Below, one piece after another: positions 17,037 to 25,840 of a DNA stretch of 64,000 nucleotides. Both the position numbers and the translations under genes were made by a program. The DNA comes from Gammaproteobacteria bacterium (GTDB lineage Bacteria > Pseudomonadota > Gammaproteobacteria > UBA1113): assembly GCA_020051015.1 (NCBI GenBank), contig JAGVJQ010000091.1:1881-65880 (forward strand). Reading direction: 5' to 3'. The notes below the pieces were generated by a model that was not told where the DNA came from, made no database searches, and saw only the letters and a program-made list of their open reading frames with translations. The stretch's first letter is position 1, and the number at the start of each line of letters is the position of its first letter.

Positions 17037-18494
17037 CTATATTCCTTGATGTGCAGCACGAATGGTTTCTAGCATATTACGTGCCTTATGTCGTGTTTCA
17101 TGTGCTTCGGCTTCAGGATTGGAATCGTATACAATACCAGCGCCTGTGCGTATGGTTGCTACACCGTCTTTTAGGATAGCCATTCGAATAGCAATACAAG
17201 TATCTAAATTGCCTATATGATCTAAACGGCAAATGGCACCACCATATAAGCCACGGCGTGATGTTTCAAGTTCATCTATAATTTCCATGGCTCTAATCTT
17301 GGGGGCGCCACTTAATGTACCCGCTGGGAAAGCGAATGAAAGGGCATCTAATGCATCATATTTGGAATCTAATTTGCCAGTGATGAGTGACGTGATATGA
17401 CTAATATGTGAATAATGCTTTACATGCAGTAATTCTGAGATTTCAATAGAGCCAGGCTTACAAACTGCACCAATATCATTGCGTGCCAAATCAACCAACA
17501 TCATGTGTTCAGCTATTTCTTTTTCATCTGTTAATAAGTCTTGCTCTATTTCTTTTTCAGTTTTAGTGTTATCTCGTCTGCGTGTACCAGCGATGGGATT
17601 AATACTAATAGTACCATCTTCAACACTGATGAGACGTTCTGGTGATGCGCCGATAATTATTCGATCAGCTAGTGGAATAAAAAACATATAAGGAGCAGGA
17701 CTAATTTGACATAGTGCTTGATAAATAGTTAAGGGTGATACGGTATATTTTTCAGTAAAACGACGTGATAAAACGATCTGAAATGCATCACCTTGTTGAA
17801 TGTATTGTTTTGCAGCAGCCACCATTTGCATAAATTGGGTATCATCCAAATCAGATTCATAAGCTTTTTGTTGATTATTTGTTTGATTAAATTGTAATGG
17901 CTGAAAAGATTGAGCAGATTGAATTTGTGTTACTAATTTATCAATGATTTCTTGCGCCGAAGTATTGTTATTGGTATTAGTATTAGATAAAACATTGATA
18001 GTAATTTTTTTATTTAAATGATCATATGTTAGTGTGGTTTGATAAAAGTTAAATAAAATATCGGGTAGCGCATCGCTAGTATGGCGATCGGGGATATCTT
18101 CAAACAAACGCACAGCGTCATAGGCAATATAACCGATGGCATGAGTTGAAGGTAATGCTTTATCATTGATAGTCGTTTGTTTTTTTAGTGCGCGAAGCAC
18201 GGTGAATGGGTGTTCATGATGTAATGTCGTCAAACCATGAATCGTTTTATATGTCAGGTTTTTAGTGGTTCTGACTTGCGCATAAGATTCAATCCCAATG
18301 AACGAAAAACGATTATTATTGCTGGTTGCAGCAGATTCCAGCAAGCCAGCATCTGGATAAATCTTATGAATAACAGCAAAAACAGCTAATGGCGACAAAT
18401 TATTTGCTTCCATAGTGTGGCTGACTAGCATCATTTTTTCGTTAATATTAAGCTTTGTATCGGTTTTTTGCTGTGACATGATAGCACCATCCAT
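17037..18494 (-). CDS. trpE: anthranilate synthase component I
   Basis: LLESA Trp-feedback motif and C-terminal chorismate-binding GAGIVYDSNPEAE. An alternative ATG lies at 18479. Confidence 0.9.
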   Translation of the reverse strand: MDGAIMSQQKTDTKLNINEKMMLVSHTMEANNLSPLAVFAVIHKIYPDAGLLESAATSNNNRFSFIGIESYAQVRTTKNLTYKTIHGLTTLHHEHPFTVLRALKKQTTINDKALPSTHAIGYIAYDAVRLFEDIPDRHTSDALPDILFNFYQTTLTYDHLNKKITINVLSNTNTNNNTSAQEIIDKLVTQIQSAQSFQPLQFNQTNNQQKAYESDLDDTQFMQMVAAAKQYIQQGDAFQIVLSRRFTEKYTVSPLTIYQALCQISPAPYMFFIPLADRIIIGASPERLISVEDGTISINPIAGTRRRDNTKTEKEIEQDLLTDEKEIAEHMMLVDLARNDIGAVCKPGSIEISELLHVKHYSHISHITSLITGKLDSKYDALDALSFAFPAGTLSGAPKIRAMEIIDELETSRRGLYGGAICRLDHIGNLDTCIAIRMAILKDGVATIRTGAGIVYDSNPEAEAHETRHKARNMLETIRAAHQGI

Positions 18495-18500
18495 AATTTG

Positions 18501-18549
18501 TAATGTAATGTTACACCATTACATTAATCTATACAAGAGGGAGATGCAA
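18501..18549 (-). promoter_or_regulatory. candidate trp promoter with overlapping palindromic operator
   Basis: On the coding strand: TTGCAT (18544-18549), 17 nt, then TAATGT (18521-18526). Inverted repeat TAATGTAATG-N6-CATTACATTA (18501-18526) overlaps the -10. There is no room for a leader peptide or attenuator. Confidence 0.35.
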
Positions 18550-18560
18550 TATTTTCCAAT

Positions 18561-18775
18561 GTAGCCCGTATTAGCGCGGCTGGAACATAAAAAAGAGGTA
18601 TTACTTGCTATGTTTAAAATATAAAAAAATGCTATCGCGCGTAATACGGGATCGTGCTATGGGTAACCACTGTTCCCGTATTACGCTCTTATGGTTAATC
18701 ATCTTGTTACTATCATTTTACGCCTTCAGTGAAATCCAAATTTACACTCATTTTTCCCGCTTTAATACGGGCTAC
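18561..18775. repeat. 215-bp MITE-like element
   Basis: Terminal inverted repeats GTAGCCCGTATTA / TAATACGGGCTAC. Internal hairpin GCGTAATACGGGATCG...TGTTCCCGTATTACGC (18638-18686). Confidence 0.7.
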
Positions 18776-18786
18776 ATTTCTGAAAT

Positions 18787-18847
18787 GGTGGGCACAAATA
18801 GTTATGCGATACCTCTTCGAGGGCAACTATTTTTAGCCCACCCTACA
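18787..18847. repeat. half copy (inverted) of the 160-bp GGTGGGCAC MITE family
   Basis: GGTGGGCACAAATAGTTATGCGATACCTCTTCGAGGGCAACTATTTTTAGCCCACCCTAC matches the reverse complement of the left half of 57773-57932. It abuts the spoVR stop. Confidence 0.8.
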
Positions 18848-18849
18848 TG

Positions 18850-20376
18850 TTAAGCGCCTGATTCAGTCGGAGGTTTTTCTGGACACTCAAATGAACCCAC
18901 AAAAGTACCAGATGGAGTAACAGATTCTAACTTCACATCAAATCCCCAAAGATAATGTAAATGTCTTAACACTTCTGGTGTCGTGTCCGAAAGCGGTTTG
19001 CCATCTTGTTGGATATGTCGCAATGTCAACGAACGATCGCCACGTACATCAACATCATAAACTTGAATATTAGGTTCAATAACACTTAAATTATATTGAC
19101 TTGATAGTAACTCACGTATTTTTCGATAGCCATCTTCATCATGAATGGCTGACACAATGAGTTCATTATTTTCTGGTTCATCCAAAATCGAAAATAATTT
19201 CATATCACGCATGACGTTGGGTGAGAGATATTGTGCAATAAAACTATCATCTTTAAAATTACGCATTGCAAAGTCAAGAGCAGCTTGCCAGGGTTGATTA
19301 GCAAGCTCTGGAAACCACAGCTTATCTTCGGCAGTTGGATTTTCACAAATACGTTTCATATCAGAAAAAATATGATATCCCAATGCATAGGGGTTGATGC
19401 CATTATAGTGCGGATCACTGTATTCACGTTGTTGGATGACACTGGTGTGATTTTCAATAAACTCTAACATGAATTCATCAGATAATAAGCCCTCATCGTA
19501 CATAGTATTAATGATGGTATAATGCCAAAAGGTTGCCCAGCCTTCGTTCATTAGTTTTGTTAACCGTTGTGGGTAAAAATACCGAGCAATTTTTCGTACA
19601 ATACGAATGATTTCACGTTGCCATGGTTCGAGCAAGGGGGCATTTTTTTCGATAAAATATAAAATATTTTCTTCTGGCTCTTTCGGGAAATGGACTTGCT
19701 CTTGTCTTGATATTTCGGGTGTTTTTGTTTGACCAGGGATAGTACGCCATAATTCATTGACTTGCGCTTGCATATAAGCTTCACGCATTTTTTGGCGAGC
19801 TTTTTCTTCTTGCAGTGATAATGCTTGTGGTCTTTTATAACGATCAACCCCATAATTCATTAATGCATGACAGGCATCTAATAGTGTTTCTACTTCATCA
19901 ATGCCATGATGTTGCTCGCATTCGGCAATAAAATTACGAGAAAAAACTAAATAATCAATAATTGATTCTGGACTAGTCCACGTTTTAAATAAGTAATTGC
20001 CTTTAAAGAAAGCATTATGTCCATAACAAGCATGAGCCATCACAGTGGCTTGCATGACGAGAGTATTTTCTTCCAATAAATATGAAATGCAAGGGTTTGA
20101 ATTAATAACCATCTCATAAGCCAAACCCATTAATCCGCGCTTATAACTTTTTTCAACATTAATATATTGTTTGCCAAATGACCAGTGATAATAAGCAAGC
20201 GGCATGCCGATGGTAGCATAATTATCAATCATTTGTTCGGCATTAATGACTTCGATTTGGTTTGGATAAGTATCCAATCCATAATGTGCAGCAACGCGAC
20301 TAATTTCACGTTCATAGTGTTTTAAGGTTTCAAAATTCCATTCGGAACCTGAAGGAAGCGGATGCTTTTTTTTCAT
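18850..20376 (-). CDS. ycgB: SpoVR/YcgB family protein
   Basis: 508 aa. Third gene of the conserved prkA-yeaH-ycgB triad, overlapping yeaH by 4 nt. N-terminal region typical of SpoVR (WNFETLKHYEREI...YPNQIEVI). Confidence 0.8.
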   Translation of the reverse strand: MKKKHPLPSGSEWNFETLKHYEREISRVAAHYGLDTYPNQIEVINAEQMIDNYATIGMPLAYYHWSFGKQYINVEKSYKRGLMGLAYEMVINSNPCISYLLEENTLVMQATVMAHACYGHNAFFKGNYLFKTWTSPESIIDYLVFSRNFIAECEQHHGIDEVETLLDACHALMNYGVDRYKRPQALSLQEEKARQKMREAYMQAQVNELWRTIPGQTKTPEISRQEQVHFPKEPEENILYFIEKNAPLLEPWQREIIRIVRKIARYFYPQRLTKLMNEGWATFWHYTIINTMYDEGLLSDEFMLEFIENHTSVIQQREYSDPHYNGINPYALGYHIFSDMKRICENPTAEDKLWFPELANQPWQAALDFAMRNFKDDSFIAQYLSPNVMRDMKLFSILDEPENNELIVSAIHDEDGYRKIRELLSSQYNLSVIEPNIQVYDVDVRGDRSLTLRHIQQDGKPLSDTTPEVLRHLHYLWGFDVKLESVTPSGTFVGSFECPEKPPTESGA

Positions 20377-21641
20377 GTTGTTTTCCGTTTAAATAATTCA
20401 TGAAAAACTGGATAAATATCTTTTACCGCACTAATACTACGCATCGAGAAGTTTTTATAAACTTCTTGAACGGTTAAGTAAGTTTTCCATAAGCTTTGAT
20501 GATGTCGCGGCATGATTTCAATATAGGCATAATATTGCACAAATGGCATAATTGATTTCGTCAATACTTCACCGCACAATGGTGAATCAGCATTCCAATT
20601 ATCACCATCTGATGCTTGTGCGACATAAATATTCCAATCAGCAGTTGGAAAACGTTCCGAGATAATTTTATTCATTAACTCTAATGCACTGGAAACAACC
20701 GTACCGCCTGTTTCGCGAGAGTAAAAGAATTCTTGCTCATCAACTTCTTTTGCTGTGGTGTGATGTCTTATAAAGATAATATGAATTTTTTGATAATTTC
20801 GTGTTAAAAATAGGTAGAGTAAGATAAAAAAACGTTTAGCTAATTCTTTCTTTTGTTCATCCATTGAGCCGGAAACATCCATTATACAAAACATCACGGC
20901 TTGTGTTGTGATTTTAGGGCGCTTAGCTCTTGTATTAAAACGCAAGTCAAAACTATCAATAAAAGGCACTGCTTTTTTCTTGCGTTCAAGTTCAGCGATG
21001 TCTGCGTCAACAGCAGCTAGTTTTTTTTCAGGCAACGGTTTTTGTGCAAGTAGTTTCTTTTTTATTGCTTCAAGTTTTACGATTTTTTTATCGTAATTGC
21101 TATGAAATGCTAAACGGCGAGAAATAGCATTTCTGAATGAACGTAAAATATTTAAATTAGGCGGGGTACCGACTTTGCTAAAACCAGTACGAACGGTTTC
21201 AATACTTGGTATTTCAGCTAACTTAGTTTTTACCATGTCAGGTAATTCAAGGTCATCAAAAAAGATATTTAAGAACTCTTCTTTCGTTAGGTAAAAACTG
21301 AAGTCATCCAGTCCTTCACCGTCATTAGTAGCTTGGCTTTCATCGCCACCGCCACCAACATCAGTTGGTGGGCGTTGTATTTTATCGCCACGTAAAAACT
21401 CTTTATTGCCAGGCAAAACGAATTCACGTTTGCCACCAGCGCCATGATGAATTTTTGGTTCAGAAATATCTTTGCGTGGAATGATAATACGTTCACCACT
21501 TTCAATATCTTTAATGCTGCGTTTTTGAATAGCTTCAGAGACAGCCTCTTTTATTTGTTGTTTAAAACGACGAATAAAACGTTGTCGGTTGACGGCGCTG
21601 CGATTTTTGCTATTTAATCGTCTGTCGATGAACTGACCCAT
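20373..21641 (-). CDS. yeaH: YeaH/DUF444 (vWA-like) protein
   Basis: 422 aa. Starts MGQFIDRRLN...KNRSAVNRQRF, characteristic of YeaH. vWA-like DVSGSM motif. Confidence 0.8.
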   Translation of the reverse strand: MGQFIDRRLNSKNRSAVNRQRFIRRFKQQIKEAVSEAIQKRSIKDIESGERIIIPRKDISEPKIHHGAGGKREFVLPGNKEFLRGDKIQRPPTDVGGGGDESQATNDGEGLDDFSFYLTKEEFLNIFFDDLELPDMVKTKLAEIPSIETVRTGFSKVGTPPNLNILRSFRNAISRRLAFHSNYDKKIVKLEAIKKKLLAQKPLPEKKLAAVDADIAELERKKKAVPFIDSFDLRFNTRAKRPKITTQAVMFCIMDVSGSMDEQKKELAKRFFILLYLFLTRNYQKIHIIFIRHHTTAKEVDEQEFFYSRETGGTVVSSALELMNKIISERFPTADWNIYVAQASDGDNWNADSPLCGEVLTKSIMPFVQYYAYIEIMPRHHQSLWKTYLTVQEVYKNFSMRSISAVKDIYPVFHELFKRKTT

Positions 21642-21653
21642 GACAGCGCCTCC

Positions 21654-23576
21654 TTACGAGGATTTTCGTACGCGTAAATACCAGTCGCACAATAAACGTA
21701 CTTGTTTTGGTGTGTAACCTTTGTTTACCATACGAGAAATAAATTCTTCATGTTTCTTCTTATCTTCAGCAGAGGCTTTGGGATTAAATGAAATCACTGG
21801 CAGTAAATCCTCAGTATTAGAGAACATTTTCTTTTCAATGACTGAGCGCAGTTTTTCATAACTATTCCATACTGGATTTTTACCTTTGTTATTAGCGCGA
21901 GCACGTAATACAAAGTTCACTACTTCATGTCGGAAATCTTTTGGATTACTAATACCGGCGGGTTTTTCGATTTTTTCTAATTCTTCGTTTAATGCCCCAC
22001 GATCATAGATTTCGCCGGTGTCCGGATCGCGATAATCTTGATCTTGAATCCAAAAATCAGCATAAGTAACGTAACGATCAAAAATATTTTGACCGTATTC
22101 TGAATAAGACTCGAGATATGCAGTTTGAATTTCCTTACCAATGAATTCAATATAACGTGGGACCAAATATTCTTTTAAATAACGCATATATTGATCATGT
22201 GTTTCTTTTGGAAATTGTTCTTGTTCGATTTGACGTTCAAGAATATAGAATAAATGCACTGGGTTTGCTGCAATTTCACTATGATCGAAATTAAATACTT
22301 TGGATAGTATTTTAAAGGCAAAGCGAGTTGATAATCCTGTCATGCCTTCATCAACACCAGCATAATCTCGATATTCTTGATATGATTTTGCTTTTGGATC
22401 GGTGTCTTTTAAATTTTCGCCGTTATAAACCCGAATTTTTGAAAAAATGCTAGAGTTTTCTGGTTCTTTAATTCGAGATAAGACAGAGAATTGTGACATG
22501 ATTTCTAAGGTGTCAGGGGCACAATGTGCATCTCGTAATGAGCTATTTTCGATGAGTTTTTTGTAAATCTTAACTTCTTCTGAAACACGTAACACATAAG
22601 GAATTTTTATAATATAAATACGATCTAGAAATGCCTCATTATTTTTATTATTTTTAAAAGCGACCCATTCTGATTCATTAGAGTGAGCCAAAATAATGCC
22701 ATCAAAAGGAATGGATGATAAACCTTCAGTTGGATTGTAATTGCCTTCTTGTGTAGCCGTGAGTAAAGGATGTAATACTTTAATTGGAGCTTTAAACATT
22801 TCCACAAATTCAAGTAAGCCTCGATTGGCAAGACACAAACCACCGGAATAACTATAAGCATCGGGATCGTTTTGGGAATAGTTTTCTAATTTACGAATAT
22901 CAACTTTACCGACTAATGATGAAATATCTTGGTTATTTTCATCACCGGGTTCTGTTTTAGCGATAGCAATTTGATCATAAATTGACGGATAAAGTTTCAC
23001 TACGCGGAATTTACTGATATCGCCATTAAATTCTTGTAATCGTTTTACAGCCCAAGGTGACATAATCGTTTGAATATAGCGACGTGGAATATTATATTTT
23101 TCTTCTAAAATAGCACCATCTTCTTCCGGCGAAAATAAACCTAATGGTGATTCATGTACAGGTGAGCCTTTAATCGCATAAAAAGGTTCTTTGTGTAATA
23201 AAAATTTTAAACGTTCAGCTAATGAAGATTTACCGCCACCAACCGGGCCTAATAAATAAAGTATTTGTTTTTTCTCTTCTAATCCTTGCGCAGCATGTTT
23301 GAAAAAGGCCACGATTTGAACGATGGTTTCTTCCATACCATAAAAATCTTCAAAAACACTGTAATGAGGGATAATTTTATTAGAGAAAATACGGCTTAAT
23401 ACCGGATCTTGCCGTGTATCAATTAACTCTGGTTCGCCAATGGCTTTTATCATTCGTTCTGCCACATTGGCATATGCACCAGGATCGTTTTTACAAAGTT
23501 CAAGATATTCTTCCAACGAATATTCTTCTTCCTTTCGTTGTTCATAACGAACTTGGAAATCTTTCATAATCCCCAT
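21654..23576 (-). CDS. yeaG: PrkA/YeaG family serine protein kinase (AAA-like N-terminal domain)
   Basis: 640 aa. P-loop LLGPVGGGKSS. The N-terminus (YEQRKEEEYSLEEYLELCKNDPGAY) parallels E. coli YeaG. Confidence 0.9.
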   Translation of the reverse strand: MGIMKDFQVRYEQRKEEEYSLEEYLELCKNDPGAYANVAERMIKAIGEPELIDTRQDPVLSRIFSNKIIPHYSVFEDFYGMEETIVQIVAFFKHAAQGLEEKKQILYLLGPVGGGKSSLAERLKFLLHKEPFYAIKGSPVHESPLGLFSPEEDGAILEEKYNIPRRYIQTIMSPWAVKRLQEFNGDISKFRVVKLYPSIYDQIAIAKTEPGDENNQDISSLVGKVDIRKLENYSQNDPDAYSYSGGLCLANRGLLEFVEMFKAPIKVLHPLLTATQEGNYNPTEGLSSIPFDGIILAHSNESEWVAFKNNKNNEAFLDRIYIIKIPYVLRVSEEVKIYKKLIENSSLRDAHCAPDTLEIMSQFSVLSRIKEPENSSIFSKIRVYNGENLKDTDPKAKSYQEYRDYAGVDEGMTGLSTRFAFKILSKVFNFDHSEIAANPVHLFYILERQIEQEQFPKETHDQYMRYLKEYLVPRYIEFIGKEIQTAYLESYSEYGQNIFDRYVTYADFWIQDQDYRDPDTGEIYDRGALNEELEKIEKPAGISNPKDFRHEVVNFVLRARANNKGKNPVWNSYEKLRSVIEKKMFSNTEDLLPVISFNPKASAEDKKKHEEFISRMVNKGYTPKQVRLLCDWYLRVRKSS

Positions 23577-23940
23577 GGGACCAACTCCTATTTATAATAA
23601 TATCGGGCACTTAGCTTCAATTTGGCGAGAGTGCCCTTGACTTAAGTATAGTAGAGAATAGGTGGTGGATGAGCTGAAAAGAAGAATAGTTAAATAATAT
23701 ATTTGCATAATTTTTATCCATAAAAATCAACTTAAATGATTTGTAAAAAAATAAATAAATGCATGGTTTGTTGGTGTTTAAGTTTTCGATTAGCAGAGTA
23801 AGTTTGTGTTCGTTTTGGAATGAAAATATCTCATTGCCTTTTAGGAGAGTATTAGGCAAAATGCCATCTTCTTAAGTTCATCTTAAAAAATGAAAACGAC
23901 AACAATTTATTAGAATTATTAACCTTAAGTGAGGTACCTG

Positions 23941-24363
23941 ATGAGCGTGACTGAAGAAAAGGTGCAGGAATTAATCAAGCAAGTTGAATCGACAGAATAT
24001 GGTAGTGTTAACGCTGTTCCTAGTGAGGCGGCCTGGGAAAAAGATAAAACATCATGTATGTCCCAAAATCCGGTAATAAGTTGTATTGCTGCTGCATTTA
24101 GCAGCCCAGGAACTGGAGCAATGGTAGGCGGCGGCATGGGTGCTGTTGGTGGAGGAGCGGCGGGATTCTTGATTCCACCTGCGTGGGTAGCAATAAAAGG
24201 CTCTTTATCTGCATTGACAAAATTGGAAAGGGTTGCATTAGTTGAAGTTACTCTATTGTCTATGATAGTTGCTGCTTTTGTATTGATGTTAGCAGGAATA
24301 GCTGCTGGTGCGGCAGTGGGGAAATACAATCAGTCAAAAGCAGAGAGACCTTTTAACCTGTAG
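23941..24363 (+). CDS. small glycine-zipper membrane protein, unknown function
   Basis: 140 aa from the ATG at 23941 (AGTGAGGT SD). Soluble acidic N-terminus, then two hydrophobic segments rich in GxxxG/A (GTGAMVGGGMGAVGGGAAGF; MLAGIAAGAAVG). Confidence 0.6.
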   Translation: MSVTEEKVQELIKQVESTEYGSVNAVPSEAAWEKDKTSCMSQNPVISCIAAAFSSPGTGAMVGGGMGAVGGGAAGFLIPPAWVAIKGSLSALTKLERVALVEVTLLSMIVAAFVLMLAGIAAGAAVGKYNQSKAERPFNL

Positions 24364-24406
24364 CATTTCATAAAATTATTTCTTTTAAAAAGGGTATAGC
24401 AAGAAT

Positions 24407-24835
24407 ATGACAACCAAAGCATTTGAAGAACTAGAAGAAGATTTAAAAAAAGAACACTCAAGGGATGACGAGGGTGTTACTACTCCCTTGCTGCACGAAT
24501 ATGATACTCCACCCGCGCAACTTGAAGCCGGCGGGGTGCCTGTAGCCAAAACGACACCGGGATTATATGATCGTGCGAGTCAATTTTGCTCTGACCATGA
24601 ACGCTCGATAGTTGATGGTGCATCGGCATTGATTGGCCTTGGAGCTGGGTTGGGTGTTCCTGAATTAGTTGAGAGTTGGCTAGGTGTACCCGTTAGCAAT
24701 GGTGTTAAGGCACTGTGTACAGGATTAGGATTTTTTGCAGGTATTATTGGGGCCGAAGGTGGTCGAGCCCTTGCTAATGCTGATTTAGATCCAGCAAGAG
24801 GTTGTTCAGCCTCGAAGTATAATAATCGACGTTAG
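24407..24835 (+). CDS. small glycine-zipper membrane protein, unknown function
   Basis: 142 aa. Acidic N-terminus (EELEEDLKKEHSRDDE), then GLGAGLG and GLGFFAGIIGAEGG segments. Same architecture as the upstream gene, 43 nt apart. Confidence 0.6.
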   Translation: MTTKAFEELEEDLKKEHSRDDEGVTTPLLHEYDTPPAQLEAGGVPVAKTTPGLYDRASQFCSDHERSIVDGASALIGLGAGLGVPELVESWLGVPVSNGVKALCTGLGFFAGIIGAEGGRALANADLDPARGCSASKYNNRR

Positions 24836-24837
24836 GA

Positions 24838-24997
24838 TGTAGGGGGGCTAAATATTGTTGCCCTCGAAGAGGTATCGCATAACAATATGTGCCCACCATT
24901 GGTGATGTATGCTGGCATGATGGTGGGCACACATCACTTCATTATCGTGCCAGTTTGTTCTCTTTGTACGTGATGCGATGTTTAGGCCCATCTTACA
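24838..24997. repeat. 160-bp MITE (GGTGGGCAC family), full copy
   Basis: Collinear with 57773-57932, including the central hairpin TGTGCCCACCAT/ATGGTGGGCACA. Termini are degenerate (TGTAGGGGGGCTAAA ... TTTAGGCCCATCTTACA). Confidence 0.85.
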
Positions 24998-25001
24998 TAA
25001 C

Positions 25002-25043
25002 TAATGAGGGATCGGTGCTTTGTTATAGTATGCTCCCTCATTA
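25002..25043. repeat. hairpin repeat with GGGATCG core
   Basis: TAATGAGGGA...TCCCTCATTA is a 10-bp stem. The GGGATCG core recurs in hairpins at 18650 and 33163. Confidence 0.5.
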
Positions 25044-25128
25044 AATAGGCAATTACTTTCTTTTGCTTAATCTGTTTTAATGATTTGATATTGTGCTTTT
25101 CGCTTGTTTCTTGCCTATTTAATAAGGG

Positions 25129-25791
25129 CTACATTCCTATATTCATCAATTTATAAATCTCATCAATGCCATTAATCATGCTATTAGCCTCCCACCCAGT
25201 GAGATCGGCATTTACAGGCACATAACCATAACGAGCGACGATGGTATAGGTTCCCGCCGCACGACCGGCAATAATATCGCGTTCATGATCACCTATAAAA
25301 GCACAGGTTGCAGGCAATAGTTTTAATTGCTTACAAGCGTGTAATACTGGGTCAGGATGGGGTTTATTTTTTTTCAATGTATCGCCACTAACGACAGCTT
25401 TAGCCCGAGCTAATAAAGGAAAATGTTGTAAGGCAATATTGGTTAAACGTGTGGGTTTATTCGTGACAATACCCCATGGGTAATTGATCTCAGTAAAATG
25501 CTGAATTAATTCAGCTACTCCAGGAAATAATTCCGTATGTTGGCCAAATTGAGTTAAGTAAATATCGATAAACTCCTGCCGTAAGGCGTTTTGATTTTGA
25601 TTACCTTTACCAAAAACTAATTCAATAAAAGCTAATGCACCATCGCCAGCCAGTGGGCGTAATATCTCAAACGGTTGTTCGCGTTTACCATATTTTTTAT
25701 AGAGGGTATTAGCGGCTTGTGCAAGCTCTGGCGCGGTGTCGAGCAGTGTGCCATCTAAATCGAATAATAAGCCTTGGAACGTTTGTTGCAT
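25129..25791 (-). CDS. gph: phosphoglycolate phosphatase (HAD)
   Basis: LFDLDGTLLDT motif I, FIGDHERDIIAG motif IV. I prefer the ATG at 25791, downstream of the ubiG stop. The ubiG-gph pairing is typical. Confidence 0.8.
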   Translation of the reverse strand: MQQTFQGLLFDLDGTLLDTAPELAQAANTLYKKYGKREQPFEILRPLAGDGALAFIELVFGKGNQNQNALRQEFIDIYLTQFGQHTELFPGVAELIQHFTEINYPWGIVTNKPTRLTNIALQHFPLLARAKAVVSGDTLKKNKPHPDPVLHACKQLKLLPATCAFIGDHERDIIAGRAAGTYTIVARYGYVPVNADLTGWEANSMINGIDEIYKLMNIGM

Positions 25792-25840
25792 GAATTCACC
25801 TGTTTCTAATTGTCGGAAGATTTGCGAGTGTTCCCGAGCT

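Noticed and set aside
18495-18560. Trp leader peptide / transcription attenuator upstream of trpE
   Set aside because: There is no small ORF with tandem Trp codons and no terminator/antiterminator pair. The spacer is too short and is occupied by the promoter-palindrome.
18605-18853. 82-aa track ORF between trpE and spoVR
   Set aside because: It lies entirely within two MITE copies (18561-18775 and 18787-18847), so it is a repeat-generated ORF.
23871-23890. CTTAAGTTC-AT-CTTAAAAAA upstream of the glycine-zipper pair as a PmrA box
   Set aside because: The phasing is right (11 nt), but only 6/9 positions match per repeat. No -10-like hexamer lies at the expected short distance; the nearest TAGAAT is about 20 nt further. 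It is too weak to call.
23925-24329. 134-aa ORF antisense to the first glycine-zipper gene
   Set aside because: It is the mirror frame of a Gly/Ala-rich (GGN/GCN) coding region, which keeps the complementary frame open. It has no SD and a Pro/Ala-rich nonsense-like composition. The sense gene has a good SD and a coherent TM architecture.
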